From NCBI RefSeq assembly GCF_009914755.1, contig NC_060935.1: a stretch of 64,000 bases of DNA. The stretch is one strand, 5' to 3'. Under the pieces are notes generated by a model that was given only the letters and a program-made list of their open reading frames with translations, made no database searches and was not told the origin of the DNA. The first letter of the stretch is position 1. The number at the start of each line of letters is the position of its first letter. The stretch is from the human T2T-CHM13v2.0 reference genome, Homo sapiens. Below are positions 26,379-40,384 of the stretch, piece by piece. A program made the position numbers and the translations under genes.

Positions 26379-29300
26379 TTAAGAGAAATGCAGGTTCTGG
26401 GTGGCCAGATCTCAATATTTTTCTAAAAGTATCCTGAAATATTGTTGTTTTTAAAATATACATGTATAATTTTGAATTCTAGAACTGTGGCAGGTAATTA
26501 GAAATTCCTTCTTTTTTAATAATTATTGGGCAGATTAATCCTGTATAGCCCAAGTAAAGATCATGTGGGCTCGATTCAACTTATAATTTTTAAATATACA
26601 TTTACATGTACACACAAACATATACTTCTGGAAAAAACATCACGACTCTAAATTATAAACCCAGGCACATGCATGCCAAGGAGACAATGACATTCTGTCT
26701 TTAAGGAATCCTGCAGCATTTATATTTTTCTGAGTACTGCATAACAAGGCCATTTCTTGCTGAAGGAATATTTTTATTATCTACCTTGCATGTTGACTTG
26801 CTTATAAGTGCCTTGTTGTTAGATGTTTGCTTAAGATTTTTCTTTTATGACTGTAGCTTGACACTAAAGTGTGTTACATGGATCAGCCTGGATGTTGTTA
26901 AAGTCACTCTGAGGGGCTTTTTTCAGACTTTCTATATTTCGTTGATAAAACATTGCTATTGCTAAAGCCTCTGGGATTGAGTATAAGACCAAAGTCTTAA
27001 ACAACTGTTTCGTTCATATTCAACCAAGCTCTGTATTCCGTGCAGGGTCTCATTAATGAAATATGTTTGTTTGAACATTAGTAAACATGAATTTTTGTGG
27101 TACAAATTGTCATTAAGTTCTTGGAATAAAATTCTCTAGATTTCTTGGCAAAATATTTGGTCCTGTTTTCATTTCCTTGAGGGAAAAACACATGAAACTT
27201 TATAAACTATGGTACCCTCCTTATACTAGTGCCAGGTGTTAAAAAGATAAAACATTCAACTCTGTAATTCACCAACAATTTTTTTTGAATGATTAATCTG
27301 TGCTCAGTTTTGTGCTACAATCTGTGACATCATTCATGTTGTCAACTCTGAAGCCTTGAACCCTTAAGAAAGAAAAGGTTGAAAAATTTCCTTAAGTGGA
27401 TAATATATACCAAAAGGGTCTCTTCCTAACTCCTATCACAAACATCATGATGAACACACTAATACTAATACTATAACTCAAGATATCCATAATTATAAAT
27501 CCTGGAGTTTCTACCCATACACCAATGAATAGCAATAGTCTCCATTAACCATACTGGCCTAAAGGTGTGTGTGTCAATTCAAACTCCATTGTGTCTAAAT
27601 ATATATATTCAAGTAGATACCATAAAAGCATTTTAAAGAAGAAACAAGTATAATAGGAGTTTATTGTAACACGTTTAAGGAATGAAATAATTGTCCAGAT
27701 TTCAGAAGCAATGTTGGGATTGGGATACTAGTAGAAGATATTATGGTAAGGAAGCTAGGAAACCTCAGATTCTTGCCTAAGGTTGTCTTGCTTCTCTGCT
27801 TCACAAGGTCCTCAAAGAACATAAAACACAAGAAATTACAGCAAATAAATGTCAATTCATAAGTTGTCTTTAAGCTTGACAAATCAATGAAAATCTGCAG
27901 TGAGCCAGATTAGACCAAATTAATGAGTACAGGAGCTAAGTGCAATTTAGAATCTAGGCACACATCACATGCCAGATCCAGCAGGAAAAGAGACAGAAAC
28001 AGAAATCCACTGCCATGTGCTGAAACTTTGCAGCCCAGTGATCTCACTCTCTTACAAACGCAGCCCAGCAAATGTTCTGGAATCTCTCCAATCAAAATCA
28101 TTGTTCTTCCTCTAGAGGACAAGAGAAGATGGGAGCATATAAAGGAGGTCTTGAAGGCACACCTTTCTTTAGATATGAATGCCACTTCATGGACTCTAAA
28201 ATATAAGGCAAATGTACTACATATATATTTACATATGCATACATATAAATATATATGTAAATATATTTATTTTATAATTATATATCAATGGCCACACATT
28301 TTGTGAGACAGTCCTAATATTATGTAAGCATATTTTTTAACAAGAATGAACCATAAAATGTGTAATTTAATGTGATTTTATATTTATAGCCTTTTTAAAA
28401 AAATCAAATGTATAAATTGGAAAATTATGTCTCTTATTAGAACACATGAACAGATTTAATAAAATGTGTTCCCCAGGTATATAAATAATAATTTCAACAC
28501 TATGCTGACATTGTAGGAACAGGAGTATATACAAAAAGCAACAGCCCAGATGAAGGAGGGATTAATTCTATGGGAGACACAAAGAAGCAAATCCCAGAAA
28601 GTTCACTCAAAAGACACTAACTATTTGGAAGGATAAATTGTAATTCAGAAGATAGATGGTGAGAGAAAGGCATTCCCGTTAGAGGAAACAAAATGCTCAA
28701 AGGCTTAAAAAGGTAAAAGAGTAGGCTATGTTTGTATGAGAGCAAATAGTTGATATCTGTACATTATGTCTCGATAAATGTGGAGAAAGTGATTTATATA
28801 GTCCTGTAAGAGAATAAGCATAAAGCTCTCTAGCACCTTCTCAAAAGCCTATTTATTATAGAATCTCTGTTCTGTACTTTGATTTACTTCTCCTAATATT
28901 CCAAAATCATTTTTTCAAGTGAAAATCTAATGTTACTGTCTTGATTAGTAACCTGCATTGTCTACGGAGAATATTCTTACAGGAAACTAGTGATGGCTAA
29001 TAACCATCAGGAGGGTGTCCTGTGGGTGACCAGCACCTGCAGCTTGCCATATTGAAAAGGAAGCATGTTAGGAAATTAATTACTGGAGAGTAGGGAGTGG
29101 CCAAGAGACCTTGATACATGAAATAGACAGAGCCAAGTTTAGATTCTTTGGTACAGTGGGAATCGCTCATCATTCATGCAGTTTATTTCATCAGAATTTG
29201 TCTAGCACAGCTTGGTCATGCAAACATTGAACACTGGGAGAACCAAACAAGCAAAATAGATTAAGACAGCTATGTTCATTACAATTCAGAATAAGTGTAA

Positions 29301-29519
29301 AGTCATCCCAGAACATTTTACAATATGTACCTTCTCCAGGCACAAGATTAAAACAAACACTTGCTTAGTCTCAACATTAAACTTAAGTCAGAGGATTTTT
29401 TGGATTGACTTTAGCAGACTTTATAGTAGTAACCAGATTGTTATTCTAAAACCTTCCAATACTCATCCAGTGCCACAGAATTTTACAGTTGATTTTGTTG
29501 CTGTTGCACTGGGACATAA

Positions 29520-30010
29520 TCTTTTTTTTTTGGCTTTTATTATTTTTCAATTGAATTTTTACTTGAATGTTCCCAAAGTCAGAAAGCAAATTGGATTATA
29601 CAGTAAAAATTATCATGTCCATCCATATCTCCTCCTCATATGCTTTTATTTCTTGTGTATAGTTCCAGATACATTTTATGGAAATACGAACAGCTAAAAC
29701 TATACAATCTTTTCCTCTTTTTATACAAATAGTGGTATATAAAACACACTATATAACACTTTTATGTTTAACCAGTTTTAAGTGATTTAGAATGTCTCAA
29801 AATGTTTGCCTTTACAAATAATGTTGCAATAAATAACTTTGTTACATGTAATTTTGAGCTTATGCAAGTATAGCTCTAGAATAAAATTAGGAAGTCTAAT
29901 TGTAGAATTAAAATACATGAACAATTATAAATCCAGTAAATATTGCCAGAGTACCCCCTTTTTATTTATTTCAAAAATTTACACTCTCACTAGCAGCGAA
30001 TGAGAGTGTC
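29520..30010 (-). mobile_element. L1ME-like 3' fragment
   Basis: TTACAAATAATGTTGCAATAAATAAC..AATTTACACTCTCACTAGCAGCGAATGAGAGTG. Confidence 0.55.
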
Positions 30011-30794
30011 TTCAATACTTTGGGTCTCCAAATCCCACAGATAAAATTGGTGAGGTTTTCATTCTCTTCCTGAATGTGTTTCTCAACTTGAAGATAAATG
30101 AAAACTCTTCCATGTCCCCAATAAAAACAAAAACATACAACTTCAATAACAAAAGGAAGAATGATTCTTCCTTTTGTTAGGAAAAAAGATATAAAAGAAA
30201 GACATAAATAAAGTGGATTCCAGCAGAATTTTATTTCAGTTACAAATCCAGAAGATAATATTTGTTAAGTGTTTTGTTTTGTGAAAATTCTGCTGATGAC
30301 TAATGTTACCAAAGGTGAAAGTGAGGATGACAAAAATCGATTAATATAGCCAGAAATTCCTTATGTTATGTTTTTTGCATGCCACAACCACAAATGGTTT
30401 TCTTTGAGTCACATTTGGTTTCATCTATTTATCCAAAATGTTGAAATATCCACATATTAAAGAGCTACAAAATGAATGTATGTGGCAAGACTTCTTGCAT
30501 CTAGCAATGGTAAAACAAAAGACTCTTTCTGATTTTGAGAATCCACTTATTATGATCCAAGTAACAATTAGGCAGGAAAAAATTCACAGTGAAATAATTA
30601 AGAACAATTATCACATTATTGAGTTTCTAGAGGTATTTCAGTTTCAGCTAATTGATTCCAAACCAGCTGTGAATAAAACGGATGTGCTTGTAACCAACTA
30701 AACATTTCCAGTGCTTCCAAGAAGCTAACTCTAGTAGTCTAAAATATCACTTTAGGAATGTACAAAAATAAGAAGAAAGGTAAATTATGAGAGG

Positions 30795-30837
30795 TTGTTT
30801 TGTTGTTGTTGTTGTTTGGTGTTTTTGTTGTTGTTGT
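30795..30837. repeat. Imperfect (TTG)n microsatellite
   Basis: TTG runs seen directly. Confidence 0.85.
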
Positions 30838-30859
30838 AGATGAAGAGGGTAATTCTGAC

Positions 30860-30998
30860 CAGTAATATGCACAATTATCACCTAAGGGCTTGGTTAAAAT
30901 GGAAATTCTGATTCAGTAATTCTGCAGTGAGGCCTGAAATTCTGCCTTTTAAGGAAACTGCAGGGTGATGTCAATGCTACTGGCTCATGAACCACATA
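30860..30998. mobile_element. MER5-family MITE
   Basis: GGTTAAAATGGAAATTCTGATTCAGTAATTCTGCAGTGAGGCCTGAAATTCTGC..GGTGATGTCAATGCTACTGG. Confidence 0.7.
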
Positions 30999-31289
30999 CA
31001 GGTATAGAGAAGAGAAATATGAACCAAGTTGGTAACACTTTAATCCCTATATCAGACATTGAGTGTATTATGGTGTTATAACCTCTTGCTGCATGCATGA
31101 AGTTCATGGATAATAAGTTCAACTATAATCTATGCTATTTTCATAAGAAGAACAGAAAAATAAAACAACTTTAACACCTCTCCCTATTATTAGAAAAGCA
31201 TCAGAGAGAAAATTCACAGCATCTTCCTGTGAAAAGAATAATACTTGTTAGTGATTATATTAGTTTGGTGAGGCTGCCATAAGAAAGTA

Positions 31290-31335
31290 TTATGTTGGTG
31301 CAAAAGGAATTGTGTTTTTTGCCATTACTTTTAAT
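31290..31335. mobile_element. Half MADE1 / solo Hsmar1 TIR
   Basis: TA + TTATGTTGGTGCAAAAGGAATTGTGTTTTTTGCCATTACTTTTAAT. Confidence 0.8.
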
Positions 31336-31578
31336 AGACTGGGTTGTTAAACAACAGAAGTTTTCCTATAGTTCTGGGCTAGAAGTTCAAAATCAAGTTC
31401 TCAGCAGCTTTAATTTTTTCTGAGGCCTTTGAAAAAATAATTTTCTAGGCCTCTCTTTATGGTTTATAGATGCTGTTTTCTTTTGTTGTCTCTTCACATC
31501 ACCTTTTTTCTATGTATATGTCTGTGTCCAAATTTCACCTTTTTATAAGGACATCAGTCATGTTGATTACTTCTGTAA

Positions 31579-31960
<382 letters not shown>

Positions 31961-32812
31961 TGAAATTTGAGGTGAACACAGTTTTGCCTGTAACAGAATT
32001 TCCCCCAATTCTGTTTCATTCTGCCCAAATCTCTTACCTGTAAAATGGGAAAAGTATGCTATGGAAACAATGAAATAATTACATTCAGCAGGCATAAACG
32101 GCAGAAGAAGGCATCACTCACTCTTCCAGCTGATAAATTACAAGGGTATATATTAATTATATAGAGTAAATGTTGAAATTATCTTCCATTTAGTGGCTAG
32201 AAAGATAGTCAGGGACAAATTAAGTACATGAAACTACAAACATCTAGACCTACTTTTGCATCAAACTTCTATTACTCACTAGGTCTGTGACTTTTCACTC
32301 ATTGTATGAATTCCTTAAGACATGTTCTTATCTGTGAAATGGGATTAAGTAGTTTCTCATAGGTATTTATTATCTTGTGTGATAGATTGTATTATTGTGC
32401 TCAATTGTATTAGGGTCTAGTCAGGACAAAAAACACATCAGTAATTTGAACATGAAAATTTTGGTATATCTAACCATAAACTGACATAAGGTGGTTAAAT
32501 TGAAAAAAAAAAAAAAAAACGATAAAAGAGGACTGTAAAGGGCACACACATAGCAAATGCAGGGAGCAGCTGCCACCAAAATGAGAGAGAACAAGGAAGT
32601 GACAAACTGCTTAGAAGACTGTCCCCTCAAGGGTGAGATTCAAATGCTTTGGAGAAGGTGTATCTACCTTACCACAGGAGTATGCATCCTGTTGGTCTGA
32701 TTTGAAGCTTGTATGCAGAGAAACTTGCTGGGGGGTAAGACTGCAGCTAGCCAGTGGACCTCTGATGTGACTGCTACCATGCCTCCTATAGAATGAGCTT
32801 CTGACTGCTACC

Positions 32813-33040
32813 TTGTGGGGTGTGGGGAGCGGGGAGGGATAGCATTAGGAGATATACCTAATGTAAACGATGAGTTAATGGGTGCAGCACACCAACATGG
32901 CACATGTATGCATATGTAACAAACCTGCACATTGTGCACATGTACCCTATAACTTAAAGTATAATAAATAAATACATAAATAAATAAAATTTAAAACAGA
33001 AACATAAATAAAATAAAATTTAAAAATAAAAATAAAAAAA
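32813..33040 (+). mobile_element. L1PA4/5-like 3'-end fragment with A-rich tail
   Basis: GGGAGGGATAGCATTAGGAGATATACCTAATGTAAA..GTACCCTATAACTTAAAGTATAATAA. Confidence 0.93.
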
Positions 33041-33061
33041 CCCTCACTGGAACCATGATAT

Positions 33062-33232
33062 GCTTGCCAGATAAAGCACAAGACATTCAGCTACACATGA
33101 ATTAACCAATGAATAATTTTTAGTATGTCTCATACAATATTTGGGGTATATAGTATAACAAAATTATTAATTATTTATCCAAAGTTCAAATTTAACTGGG
33201 AATCCTTTATTTTGTTTGCTAAATCCTGCAAC
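33062..33232. mobile_element. MER53 palindromic hAT MITE
   Basis: TTGCCAGATAAA..GTATGTCTCATACAATATTTGGGG..TTCAAATTTAACTGGG..TTTGCTAAATCCTGCAAC. Confidence 0.8.
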
Positions 33233-33424
33233 TTTAATCAGGAAGGAAAACCTTTGCTCCTGCTCTGGCTTTGCAGTGTCCCTCCAGCACCCTCTATTGA
33301 CTAAAATTGAGCTGACTAAAGAGAAATGTTTACATGGTCCAGCTCCAGTATCACACGCCAAGGCAATAAAAAGAAGATTTGGGGCTGGGTCAATACATCA
33401 ATGATTCCCCTCCTCCAACCTTTC

Positions 33425-33828
33425 CTGTTAGAAAAGTATAACTCACTTCCTCCTTAACAGGTGATTTGCTGTATCCACTCCACCACAGAATAATGAACAT
33501 TCTCACTCCATTGATTTTGAGTTTGGCCATCTGATATGCATTGATTAATGGTATATGAGCAGATGTAATGTGTGCATCATTAAAGCAAAAGCTTTAAGAA
33601 GACTTGTGAATTTCCACAAGTTATTATTGTTTCCTTCTGTCAGGAAAATAGTATATCCCAAATAATAGCTATTTCTTCAGTTTAGATTCCAAAATGAGAA
33701 AACTCTTGGGGAAGAGATTTCACAGCTCACTCACAACTGCTAGCAAGTTATGCAAAAGAAAAGAAACGTTTGCTCTGGTAAGCAACTGAGATTTTTCCTG
33801 TTTTAAAAACTGCAACAAACTAATACAC
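33425..33828 (+). mobile_element. MLT1I/J-like LTR
   Basis: TTTGGCCATCTGATATGCATTGATTAATGG..GTAAGCAACTGAGATTT..AAACTAATACA. Confidence 0.6.
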
Positions 33829-34092
33829 TTAACATATATAAAGCACTGGTTATAGTTCTTAGCATATCACTTAACTTTGAATTAGATAAACAACATGGCA
33901 TATAAAAAGTAACATGCATTTTGAAAGAAGAAAGATTTGCATTCTAAATAAAGCTTTATTATATATTAATGTTAATGTAATAATACATCATAAAGAGAGC
34001 AGATAACGCAGAAAAAAAGAGAGAGAGCAGATAACCATGGAAGGATAGCAGGCTAGATAATAACACAATCAGATTATTGTAGAAAAATTACT

Positions 34093-34305
34093 CAAGTTCA
34101 GCAAACTTTTTCTGTGAATAGTCAAATAGTAAATATTTTAGGCTTTGTAGGACATATGGTGTCTGTTGCAATGACTAAACTTTGTCTCAGCAGTGCTAAA
34201 AGAACCACAGACAATATGGAATGAATAAGGGTGGCTGTGTTCCAATAATTATTTTTTTTCAAAAACAGGAGATGGGCTAACCACAGGTCATAGTTTGCCA
34301 GCTAC
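34093..34305 (+). mobile_element. MER58A hAT-Charlie MITE
   Basis: CAGCAAACTTTTTCTGTG..TAGTAAATATTTTAGGCTTTG..GTGGCTGTGTTCCAATAA..CATAGTTTGCCA. Confidence 0.85.
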
Positions 34306-34574
34306 TTTTCTGAAAAAACTATTCCACTCTTACCCCTTGACGTGTAGTTCCCTACTGAAATCCAGAGTAATCTATTTAAAATATAAAACAAATCAAATTT
34401 TATTCTGCTTAATAACCTCCTGGGTCTTTCCAACATACTTAGAACAAAATCAAGACCTTGTATCATGACCCCTAAGACCGAATAAATTCTGAGACCTGTT
34501 TAATTTTCCTAAGCCATTTTGAATGTTGCTCTCTCTGCAATAAATGACTTATGGTTTCTTGTTCTAGTCATCAT

Positions 34575-34990
34575 TGTGGATGCCATTCTTGGTAGGCCCT
34601 GACTGTACTCACACAATTGCAACTTGTCAATTTCCTTCATGCTTCCTAGTGTGCCCCATACCTCCTGTCCTGGGCTTCTTTACTGATGCTGCCATGTGGG
34701 AAAACAAGACTCTCACTTGCTGCCAAAACATGCACATTCCAGGTGTGCAGGGGAGTAATATGTTGTGGTTTAAACACTTGATCAATGGGCTATGGTAGCT
34801 GGTGGGTAAATTTTCTCACTTCTTCTTGAGACAGTTTATATGATTTCTCAGAGAATTCCTAAAGAGCAAGCCAACAGTCACTCTTACCTGATAAGAGTTA
34901 GCTTGATAACATATCCTCATATTGGCTCTAGTGCCTATTAGGTTTCACCCTCCTTGTGCCTACTTCTGCTCTCCGGGTTTTTACTTTACA
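34575..34990 (+). mobile_element. Old ERVL LTR (LTR16/LTR33-like) fragment
   Basis: Diverged motifs GGTGGGTAAATTTTCTC..GAGACAGTTTATATG..GATAACATATCCTCATATTGGCT. Confidence 0.45.
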
Positions 34991-35004
34991 ATAGTGGCAC
35001 ACAA

Positions 35005-35476
35005 TCTTCACAGGGCAGGAGCATCACCATCGTGGACAAGCACCTCATTCTAAAGTTCACCTTAATCAAAAACTGCCTAAATCCAAAGGGCATGAGCCTA
35101 ATGGCTAAGGTCAGCATAACAATAAACCAGAAATAACATCTTCAACCAGAAACATTCCAAACTCCTCCCTGACCAGAGACATGCTAGCCTCAAGATAATG
35201 TCCTTTGCTGGAAAGATGTCAGCCCCAAGATATCTTCCCCTCTGCCCAGAGACATTCCAACCCCATCATAAAACTTCTCCTCCACACAGAAACATTCCAA
35301 GCTTGTAATAAGCCTCCTTACCCTGAAACCAATATATACTCCTAGTCTGTAAGAGAAAGCACTCCTGACCAAAAAATATCAGCCAGAAGCCCCTCTCAGG
35401 TTTTTAATCTAAAATAAACCTGTCTTTGACTGTCAAGCCACGTTTCGTGTTTCTTTCCTTTTTCTTAACTCTTACA
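35005..35476 (+). mobile_element. ERV solo LTR (LTR47-like, tentative)
   Basis: GCAGGAGCATCACCATCGTGGACAAGC..internal repeat CAGAAACATTCCAA..AATAAACC poly(A) signal..CTCTTACA end. Confidence 0.6.
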
Positions 35477-35544
35477 AACGTTTGTTTAGGGCCTGGCATT
35501 TGGGAGCACAGACTGAGGTACTACATCTCACTCTTGCTTCTCTA

Positions 35545-35990
35545 GCCACACCACCCTTTTGTTTTTACTGGAACTTGGAAGCTTGTTCTTATCCTAGGGC
35601 CTTTGCACTTACTGTTCTGTCTGCACCCAGGTCTTTGCATGGATGGCTATTTTATGTCATTCAGACCTCAGCTCAAATATCCTCACCTCAGAAAAGCATC
35701 CCCTGGCTAAATCCAGACAAATGAAATCTAAACAAACACTCTGCTATTCTATATATATTACCAGGTTTAATTATTTTCATAGCTCTTAGTACTATAAAAA
35801 TTCTGATTGCTGCATTTAGTTGCTTTGTTATTCTCTCTCTTGCCACTGCCTTTGGTGAACCCCCAGGAGATTGTAAGCTCCATATGAAAGGAACTGTTGT
35901 CCACTATGCTTCCTGATGCACCCCTACATCTAGAAGAGTATCTAGACCTAAGAGGCACAGGGTACACATTGTTTAATGTTAATGAATAAA
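35545..35990 (+). mobile_element. L2 3' fragment
   Basis: AGGGCCTTTGCACTTACTGTTC..CTCAGCTCAAATATCCTC..TTGTAAGCTCCATATG..AATGAATAAATG. Confidence 0.7.
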
Positions 35991-37041
35991 TGGGAATTCA
36001 AACTAGGGAAGAGGCTGTGATTTGAAAACCTAGTTAACTAGAAGCCACTCTTATTAGTCAGCTGTATAACACATCCTCATGTTGGCTCAATCAGCTTCAG
36101 GGAATCATAATCAAAGGAAGAATGTAAAACAGGCAGAAAATTAAGTTAATCTTTGGAAAACAGAATGATTGTTTCTGAGATGGGCACAGGTACAGCTAGA
36201 TCTACACTGAGTTCCCAAAATGGCCAGATAATATTTGGAATCCTAAAAGAGAGACAGTTTTTTTTAAAAAGCTTTTAAGGAAATTGGGTCATCAATTGGA
36301 GTACCTAATTGGTAATCTGCATGATAAGAACCAATTGTGTTAGCCAATTGTGTTAACCCATTTGTACTGCAGTGAAAATGTGAATACAAGGAGAAAAAGT
36401 AGCTACATATGTAAAGTATTAAATCTTTCTGAATCAATTAAATGCATCCTGGTTCACATCTGGACATACTGGATAACTGGTTGTGAAATAAATCCAAGCA
36501 TCTGATCACTTTCAGAGAAACACTTTTAAGAACTTATACTTTGTAAGTTCATATCCCTCTCACTTTGATGAGGGCTGAGTTATGTTCAGGTATCCACCAT
36601 GACTTTGAGAAATGAAATTCTAGGAAAATGAGGATAATTAATTGCAACCCAAAGTGGCATAAGGGACTTTTCTTCCAAATCTGCTCCTGGGACCCATGTT
36701 TTATCTTAGGTTTAAATGATAGAGGATGATATAGAATGCAGATTGCCTATAACTTTTTTAATTTAACAAAATAAAAATCCAACAAAAATCAAAATCTTTT
36801 CATGTTGCCTCATTTTAGAATAGTTTACATTCTAACACTGGAAAATTGTCAGAGAGTCTGCCCCATTATCAATGAGATCATGTCTTTATCCTTTGATTCC
36901 TTATGTTCATCAAATTATACTGTTTTATCACATAATTGGCTTTAAGTTTAACATTGTGCCTGATACACAGCAGTCACTCAGTCCATGCTTCTAAAATCAA
37001 GAAGTCCTTATGCAGCTTTCGATTTGGTGCACCGTTGCTAC

Positions 37042-37670
37042 TGTCTTAGGCTGTGCTTATTGCTACAACAAAGTTTTATAGACTGAGTAGCTTCTAAAGA
37101 ACAGAAATTTATTTCTCAAAGTTCTAGAGGTAGAAAGCCTAAGATTAAGGCACTGACAGATTTAATGTCTGACGAGGGCTCTATTTCTTTTTTTTTTTTT
37201 TTGAGATGGAGTCTTGCTCTGTCACCCAGGCTGGAGTGCAGTGGCATGATCTCGGCTCATTGCAACCTCTGCCTCCTTAGTTCAAGGGATTATCCTGCCT
37301 GAGCCTCCTGAGTAGTTGGGATTACAGGTGAGCACCACCACGCCTGGCTAATTTTTGTATTTTTAGTAGAGATGGGGTCTCACCATGTTGGTCAGACTGG
37401 TCTGGAACACCTGACCTCATGATCCGCCCACCTTGGCATCACAAAGTGCTGGGAATACAGGCATAAACCACTGTGCCTGGCCAGCTCTATTTCTTACAAA
37501 TGACATCTTCTTGCTTTGTCCTCACATGGCAAAACAACAAACAAGCTCATTAAAATGGAACCCTTATGCTGTAATCACCTCCCAAAGACTCCATCTCTTA
37601 ACACTATCACCTCAGGTGTTAGGTTTCAGCATATCAATTTTGAAGGAACACAAACATTAAAACCATAGTA
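37042..37670 (-). mobile_element. MST/MLT1A-type LTR split by an Alu
   Basis: TGTCTTAGG..AACAGAAATTTATTTCTCAAAGTTCTAGAGG..TAATCACCTCCCAAAG..AAACCATAGTA. Confidence 0.8.
37190..37482 (-). mobile_element. AluS (Sg/Sc-like)
   Basis: Full dimer; exact TSD GCTCTATTTCTT at 37178-37189 and 37484-37495. Confidence 0.95.
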
Positions 37671-39038
37671 GCCACCAAGGGACAGGTTGCGGATTGCCAT
37701 TTTAATCCCCTCCCATAATATCATCTTTCTGTATCAAGATGCTATTCAAACTTCTTTTCAAAAACACACAATTTCCTATAGCAAGAAAGAAGCATATAAT
37801 CATTTGTGCACCAAAACATAAGCTTCTTGACTTCAGATGGAACTGTGACTTTTAAATGCCCTGGGATGCTGAGATGCTCTCTTTACTGTATGCTATGGCT
37901 TCAAGTCCATTTTTCTCAAAGAAAATACCAACTTGTCCCAAATTAAAACTCAGTTTTCTTAGTTGAGCTACGTACAAGATGTGAATTCACTGGAGAAATC
38001 CTGGAAACTTCCTTTTCTTAGAACAAACATTTTTTTCTCCCTTCTCTCCCAACTTTTTCTGACATCATTTTACTAGAAAGAAATGAAAGTCCTTTTAACT
38101 TATGTAGGTAGCATCCATAGCCTATAACGGAAAGACCGTTGAGGTCTCAAAAAGAGAAATTACTTCTCAGCTGAGAGTTTCACTTCTAGTGGCACGGAGG
38201 GTAGGAAAAACTTAAAACAAGAATTAAAGAAAAGCCTTTTTTTTTTTATATTTGGCCCTAATGTGAGTAAAAGACTCAAAAGGCCTAGAAAGAAAGGAAA
38301 ATAAATAATTCTTAAAGCTCTCTAAGAACTCAACCAACTCTACCTGAGAAGGGAAAAAAGTGATTCAGATCTAAAGCTCTTGAATGCAATTTGCTTGTGC
38401 TAAAAGCAAGAGCCTTTGACATCTTCATACTAGAAATGGAAGAAAATGCTTTTGGAAAATATGGAAATCATTCCTGGGTGTCACACTCTTTCTTCTCTAA
38501 GAAACTCACATTAACCCTTGAAGCAGAGCCTTCACTTTAGTTACTGTCTTGATCATCCTACCCTTAGCTAGTTAAATATTGCCACCAACCTTTTTTTTTT
38601 TATTGTTAAAACTCTGTTTAATTGTGGAAATCTGATGGGTTATCCCAGTCATTGAGATCAGTAGAAGAGTTTAATCAATTTCTAAATAATAAATCAACTT
38701 TTCATGCCCTTTATAATCTCAATGTAACACATTGCAATTCATAGCCATTACACTACATTTATCTTTAATGTATAATAAATGGTACATTGGTATTGACTGA
38801 ACAAGCGATTAAATATTCCATCAGTGGCAGAACACAAAAATATTTTTTAATTATTAATAAGCCACCAGCTTTGCTTGTCAGGTACAATCATCTTTTTGTT
38901 GGAACAACTTATTTTCATTTTTATTATCATAGACAAGTGCAATCAAATGCCATTTCAAACCACTTCTGGTCAATCTCCAGCATAGGACCGATAACTTCTA
39001 GTTTCCCTTCTTAACAGCTATGAAGGGCAATAGATTTG

Positions 39039-39040
<2 letters not shown>

Positions 39041-39075
<35 letters not shown>
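39041..39075 (+). repeat. A35 homopolymer
   Basis: Pure A run. Confidence 0.97.
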
Positions 39076-39076
<1 letters not shown>

Positions 39077-39400
39077 AACAACCAATAAATATGAAAGAGA
39101 TGTGGAGTTCATGTAAAAATTCAAGAAAGAGAATTATAAAAAAATTTTATTAGATTTTCTCATACTGATTTCAAAGGATAGGTATAATAAAGTATTTGTG
39201 AAATTTTATGAAATATTACATACATAAAATTGTCAAGACTTTATAGACTCATCATATGTACAAAAGAGTTTACCCTTATCAAAAGAAAAAGAGAAAGAGA
39301 GAAATTAAAACTGTGTACAGAACATGGTGACAAGATTCTAAATGAACTAAGAGGGGAGTAAATATTTAAAAAATTGGAGTTTGATTAAAGTAACCCATGG

Positions 39401-39771
39401 ACTACAATTTGAATGTGTGTCCCCTCCCAGATGCACATTGAAGCTTCATCCTGATTGTGGTAGTATAAAGAGGTGAGCCTTTTAGATAAATGATTACATG
39501 CCTTATGAATGGGCTGGAGGGAGCTAGCTTAAGCCCCTTTTCCACTTCTGATTCTGCCAACCATGTGAGGACACAGTGTTCATTCCCTCAGGAGGACACA
39601 GAAACAGGACATCATCTCAAAGGCAAAGAGAGCAGCCTTCACCAGACACCAAACCTGGTGGTCCTTGACTTTAAATTTCCCAGCCTTCAGAGCTGTAAGA
39701 AACAAATTTCTATTATGTATAAATTACCCAGTCTGTAGTACTTGTTATACCAGCACAAATGGACTAAGACA
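39401..39771 (+). mobile_element. MSTD-like solo LTR
   Basis: CTACAATTTGAATGTGTGTCCCCTCC..GGGCTGGAGGGAGCTAGCTTAAGCCC..CACAAATGGACTAAGACA. Confidence 0.85.
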
Positions 39772-40384
39772 CAAACCAAAGAGCATGAGGACATTAATTT
39801 CCTAAGGTAATTTTCACAGAGTTCAGATACAACCGTGAGGTGGGAAGTTATGAACACATTTATCTGACACATATTTATTAAATTTCATTAGACTTTTAAG
39901 GTCTTAGACGTTTGAAACTGCTTGCTAAAACTTTATGATCTATAAGAACAAAGCAGACATAGGCCCTGCCCTCAAAGTTTTACAGTGCTTTGGAAAGAAA
40001 AAAAAAGGCACGTAAATATCATCTAAATTATGAAATATATCATTGTGTGAAATTAGCATGTTACATTTATATTTGCTTCTCTGGCATCCAACACAATTCC
40101 TGGTACAGTTAGAAAAATGTAAATTAATTTATTCAAGACAAATTTATTGAATATCTATTATATGTTTCATCAAAATACTAGATATGCAAAGATAAATAAA
40201 ACATTGTCCTTCATCAGCCCACAGTTTAATAGAAGAATGAGATAGTAAACATTTGTTGAGTTGAATTTGACAAATTTATGATCATTGCACTTCAGGAAAT
40301 CTCAACCTGAAAAATTCTAAAATGAAAAAATATCAAAAGTCATGGGAGACTGTAGAGAAATGGTATAATGACTAGATATCCACA

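Larger units (their letters stand above)
32406..33400 (-). mobile_element. Old LTR (LTR78-like, tentative) with nested L1PA tail and MER53
   Basis: TGTATTAGGGTCTAGTCAGGAC.. start; GCTGACTAAAGAGAAATGTTTACATGGTCCAGCTCCAGTATCAC near the end. Confidence 0.45.

Noticed and set aside
36040-36090. Short similarity to about 34878-34928 (ATAACA(C/T)ATCCTCAT(G/A)TTGGCTC)
   Set aside because: Only about 25 bp of strong match. It could be an old repeat remnant or chance, so it is too weak to call a duplication.
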